Assembly (NCBI GenBank): GCA_037917675.1
Contig: JAVCBW010000049.1
Location: forward strand, 1-64,000
Length of the DNA stretch: 64,000 nt
Direction of reading: 5' to 3'
DNA from: Thermoproteota archaeon
GTDB taxonomy: Archaea; Korarchaeota; Korarchaeia; B14-G2
The notes under the pieces were generated by a model. That model searched no databases, was not told the DNA's origin, and saw only the letters and a list, made by a program, of their open reading frames with translations. Below are positions 60,520 through 64,000 of the stretch, piece by piece. The translations under genes were made by a program, and so were the position numbers. Within the stretch, counting starts at the first letter, position 1, and the number at the start of each line of letters is the position of its first letter.

Positions 60520-61195
60520 CTCTCATCCCCCTGATCCTGAGGAGCGCTAGCTCCTTTCCCCTCTCAAGCATGATTCTTGGGAAAGTCGTTATCGCGCTGG
60601 CTGCCATAGGGAGGTCTAGCCCGAGCATTACATGGCCTAAAGCCATGATAGTCCTAGGGCTCCTTATATCCCAGCGTGTCTTCGCTTCTATACCTAGGAT
60701 CAGAGGTATTTTCCTAGCCGACGCTATCCTAAGCTCTGTTTTAAGGATCCTTAGCCCAAGCTGAAGCTCTTTGGTTCTTCTATTCCATAGATCTGATGCA
60801 TATGCTATAACCGCGCTTCCTCTCTCCTGCATCTGTCGTGCTGATACATCATCGAAGTAAAGTCTTCTTGGCAATATCCTGAGGGCTATTAGGTCAACAC
60901 CTCTATGGCTTGCTGCGCTTCTACAACTCTGGAGGCTTCTTGGCTCTGCGACCACTATATCTGCATATCTCCTAGCTTCACTTACCTCTATTCTCCAGTC
61001 TCCTATGCAAGTCACATGTAGCCCAAGCTTCACATGCTCGCACTTAGGCAGCTGGCTCTTTAGCTTCATTAGCGATGCTGCAGTTGTAGCCATGACAGCT
61101 ATGGAAGAGTACCCCGCATCTGATGCCTCTTTAATGAGCTCCCTCGCCAAATCAAGGTTGCTATCAGCATAGATCCCTACTAGACCTCCCTTCAT
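60491..61195 (-). CDS. rnp3: RNase P protein Rpp30
   Basis: VDLI, WDIRSPR; conserved position. Confidence 0.8.
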   Translation of the reverse strand: MKGGLVGIYADSNLDLARELIKEASDAGYSSIAVMATTAASLMKLKSQLPKCEHVKLGLHVTCIGDWRIEVSEARRYADIVVAEPRSLQSCRSAASHRGVDLIALRILPRRLYFDDVSARQMQERGSAVIAYASDLWNRRTKELQLGLRILKTELRIASARKIPLILGIEAKTRWDIRSPRTIMALGHVMLGLDLPMAASAITTFPRIMLERGKELALLRIRGMRVASQNPDQS

Positions 61196-61632
61196 CTTGC
61201 TTCATCTCTAGTAGCTTCTCTTGTAATCAAATCGATTACAGCTCTCTTGCTGTAGCTTTCCAGCACCACTTTTATTACATCTCCCCCCTCCTCCAGCTCG
61301 ATTTCACCCTTAAATGCCTTCTGCTTGCTTACCCTAATGTAAAGCGTTCCGCTATCCATGTGTAAGTCTATTCTCTCTAGAAGCCACCTGAGGTCTCTCT
61401 TAGGGATCCTTCTGATTATCTCCTCAGCTATCTCAGTAGCTCTCTTCCTCCCTTTTACTATGATGCTGTACTTCTCTATGCTGTATCCAAATTGCCCTCT
61501 GAGCCTCTCACTTCTTATTTCCACAGCCTCTCTAAGGGCTTTTGGTATCAGAGATAATAGGGCTTTCTTCACTTTGCTAGGGTCTTCCGTCGGATAGCTA
61601 TATGTTTCCACTATGACACGCCTGAATGCCAT
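61192..61632 (-). CDS. DUF54 family RNA-binding protein
   Basis: TEDPSKVKKAL, GQFGYSI, LYIRVSKQKA. Confidence 0.88.
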   Translation of the reverse strand: MAFRRVIVETYSYPTEDPSKVKKALLSLIPKALREAVEIRSERLRGQFGYSIEKYSIIVKGRKRATEIAEEIIRRIPKRDLRWLLERIDLHMDSGTLYIRVSKQKAFKGEIELEEGGDVIKVVLESYSKRAVIDLITREATRDEAR

Positions 61633-61633
61633 G

Positions 61634-62152
61634 CTACCTTAGGCCTCTGCTCTTTTTCCCCGCGCTTGTAAGCCCCCGGAACACTCTTCCTCTGTGTGCT
61701 GGCTCTGCTATCCAGCTGAGCTGAGGATCTGATGCTATTGCAGGATGGTGAGGGTCTACCAGAATTACCTCATAGTACTTGTATTTGCCGTCTTCAGCTA
61801 TGTAATAGGAGTTAAGTACCTCTAGATTAGGATACTTTCTAGCTGCTCTTTCCTCTGCAATCCACCTTATGCTTTTAGCTGGTGTGAGCTTTCTGACACC
61901 CAGTCCAGCTGGCTTTCTTCCAGCTCTAGGCCTGCCCTTTCTCCTTCCTCCTTTCCTTACTCTAACTCTTACAACTATAATCCCCTGCTTAGCCTTGTAT
62001 CCTAGCCTCCTAGCCTTATCTGGTCTAGTGGGGCCTCTTAACCTGACTACTGCAGGCTGCTTTCTCCAGGTTGCTAGCCTCTTTCTCCATAGCTCTATCA
62101 GTGCCGAGTTTTTGAATCTGCTTCTCCATGTGCTCTCTAATGCTGTTGGCAT
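61634..62152 (-). CDS. rpl15e: 50S ribosomal protein L15e
   Basis: [38 protein letters not shown]. Confidence 0.97.
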   Translation of the reverse strand: MPTALESTWRSRFKNSALIELWRKRLATWRKQPAVVRLRGPTRPDKARRLGYKAKQGIIVVRVRVRKGGRRKGRPRAGRKPAGLGVRKLTPAKSIRWIAEERAARKYPNLEVLNSYYIAEDGKYKYYEVILVDPHHPAIASDPQLSWIAEPAHRGRVFRGLTSAGKKSRGLR

Positions 62153-62209
62153 AGCTTTCCCACCGCTAGCTAATAATAGCCTTAACTCCTGCTTTAAAAG
62201 GGTGAGCTT

Positions 62210-63415
62210 TTGCTGATAGGTGTATGTGGGAAGACCAACGTTGGGAAGTCTACTTTCTTCAATGCTGCCTGCATGGCTTCAGCTGAGGTCAGTAACAGGC
62301 CTTTTACTACAATAAAACCGAATGAAGGCGTGGCTTATGTCAGGGTGAAGTGTCACTGTGCTCGCTTAGGTATACGCTGTAACCCACGTTATGGCAGGTG
62401 TATTAGAGGCATACGCTTTGTTCCGGTTAAGCTCCTCGACATAGCTGGCCTGGTTCCAGGGGCTCATAAGGGAAGAGGCCTAGGAAACAAGTTTCTAGAC
62501 GACCTCAGGAGGGCTACTGGCAGCATACTCGTAGTAGATGCCTCTGGCTCTACGAGCCCTGATGGAGAGCCTGCTCAACCTGGATCTTATCCTCCTGAGG
62601 GTGATGTGAGGCTTGTTGAGGAAGAGCTCGTATACTGGATAGCCTCGATAGTAGAGAAGGCTTTATATAAACTGAAGCGTGCTCCTCCGAAGTCAGTAGC
62701 TGAAGCAGCTCAGGTGCTTGCTACACAGCTATCTGGGCTATCAGTTGACAAGGCAAGCATACTTAAGGCTGCAGCTCAAGCTAAACTTGACTTGAAGTCT
62801 ATAGCAGCATGGGACATGGGAGCTCTCCTCGAGTTCTCTCGATCACTGAGAGAGCTCTCTATGCCAATGGTTATCGCAGCCAATAAAGCTGATATCCCCT
62901 CTGCAAGAGAGAACATAGAGCATCTTAGTGCTCTCATGTCTGGGAGGTATGTTGTTATCCCGACGTCAGCTGAGGCTGAGCTTATACTGAAGAAGGCTTC
63001 ATCAGAAGGGCTGATAGAGTACCTGCCTGGAGGCAGCTCATTTAAGATACTAGATCACTCAAAGCTTACTCCCGCCCAGCTGGCTGCACTTAAAGCTGTC
63101 AAGAGAGTGGTCCTCGATGTTTATGGGAGCACAGGAGTACAGCAGGCCTTAGAGGCCCTCATATTCGATGTATTAGGCTATAAACCTGTCTTCCCAGTTG
63201 AAAACGAGAGCAAGCTCTCAGACAGAGAGGGAAGAGTTCTGCCTGATGTTTACCTACTGCCTCGTGATGCTACTCCAGTCGACTTGGCATATGCCATACA
63301 TACTGAGATAGGGAAGTCTTTCAAGCATGCTATCGACGCATTAAGGAGGGTCAGGCTACCGTCAACAGAACCAATTCCATCAGGTGCTGTTGTGAAAATA
63401 GTCGCCAAGTCCTAG
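62210..63415 (+). CDS. ychF: YchF/Obg-family NTPase with TGS domain
   Basis: [45 protein letters not shown]. Confidence 0.93.
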   Translation: MLIGVCGKTNVGKSTFFNAACMASAEVSNRPFTTIKPNEGVAYVRVKCHCARLGIRCNPRYGRCIRGIRFVPVKLLDIAGLVPGAHKGRGLGNKFLDDLRRATGSILVVDASGSTSPDGEPAQPGSYPPEGDVRLVEEELVYWIASIVEKALYKLKRAPPKSVAEAAQVLATQLSGLSVDKASILKAAAQAKLDLKSIAAWDMGALLEFSRSLRELSMPMVIAANKADIPSARENIEHLSALMSGRYVVIPTSAEAELILKKASSEGLIEYLPGGSSFKILDHSKLTPAQLAALKAVKRVVLDVYGSTGVQQALEALIFDVLGYKPVFPVENESKLSDREGRVLPDVYLLPRDATPVDLAYAIHTEIGKSFKHAIDALRRVRLPSTEPIPSGAVVKIVAKS

Positions 63416-64000
63416 CTCATCTAAGCTCTTATGGTACTCCCTTAAAACAAGTTCCTCTGTAACCCCGACGTCTATCAGGCTCCATGGCGTCTCCTCCTCG
63501 ATACAGATCCTCGGCTTGATCTCCTCAATCCTGATTCCCCGTGCTCTTAGGACCCTCCTCCACCCTCCCGTACCTCTACCGACTTCAGCGGCCTTAAGTA
63601 TAATTCTACCTAGTTCTCTTCCTCCTAGCGAGAGCATCGCCTGTATGGTTGCTTCAGAAGGCTTCATGCCTGGACTAGCTCTTACTCCAATTCTCCTCAG
63701 CATGGCAGCCAACTTTTCTGCTCTTATCTTAGCTTCCCTGTAGCCAGCGAACCCCCAGTACTGAGACGGAGTATGAGCCTTCGGGATAAGTGGGTTTATT
63801 GAAGCCTGTATCCTAACATTCAGCTTTCTGATGGATTCAATAAGCTTAGCTGTTTCAGCTAAGTCCTCCTCTCTCTCACCAGGTAGTCCAACTAGCAGGT
63901 ACACTTTTATTTTAGTGAACCCAGTCTCCACAGCTTCCTGGGCTGCTGCCAGCACACTCTCAGAGCTGCCGCCTCTTCCAATAGCAGCTCTGAGCCTGTC
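63380..64000 (-). CDS. Radical SAM protein, C-terminal part (runs off window)
   Basis: KIKVYLLVGLPGE..EDL, NPLIPKAHTP, QAMLSLG, TPW. Confidence 0.8.
   Translation of the reverse strand, partial: DRLRAAIGRGGSSESVLAAAQEAVETGFTKIKVYLLVGLPGEREEDLAETAKLIESIRKLNVRIQASINPLIPKAHTPSQYWGFAGYREAKIRAEKLAAMLRRIGVRASPGMKPSEATIQAMLSLGGRELGRIILKAAEVGRGTGGWRRVLRARGIRIEEIKPRICIEEETPWSLIDVGVTEELVLREYHKSLDELGLGDYFHNST

Overview
Core-genome window from a thermophilic archaeon, probably TACK-related. This is inferred from very GC-rich rRNA, a 16S-23S spacer without tRNA, and intron-rich tRNAs alongside PolD DP1 and FtsZ; the exact lineage cannot be assigned from sequence alone. It holds the 3' part of 16S, the 23S and an RNase P RNA gene that directly abuts the 23S processing stem. 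There are eight tRNA genes; six carry a total of ten bulge-helix-bulge (BHB/BHL) introns, several at non-canonical positions. A C/D-box guide RNA follows tRNA-iMet. Protein genes include translation clusters, glycine cleavage, lipid and N-glycosylation genes, ftsZ-RPA-aIF2b-aIF1A-rio1-KH-top6B/A, DP1/cdc6, a class III ribonucleotide reductase locus and the exosome/proteasome/RNase P superoperon. The main finding is a 29-nt tRNA-type BHB intron (20129-20157) interrupting a protein-coding gene, the aconitase X/phosphomevalonate dehydratase large subunit. Removing it at the predicted endonuclease cut sites removes an in-frame stop, restores the frame and rebuilds the conserved AHVSG-ISYKNIGDAG motif. 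Its hairpin resembles the intron of the nearby tRNA-Ile. Other points of note are a rare tRNA-Ile(UAU), a triple-intron initiator tRNA, a tRNA-Gly with C33, a rio1 gene with no canonical start codon, and a candidate replication origin. All calls are by eye from sequence and motif recall; no database searches were run.
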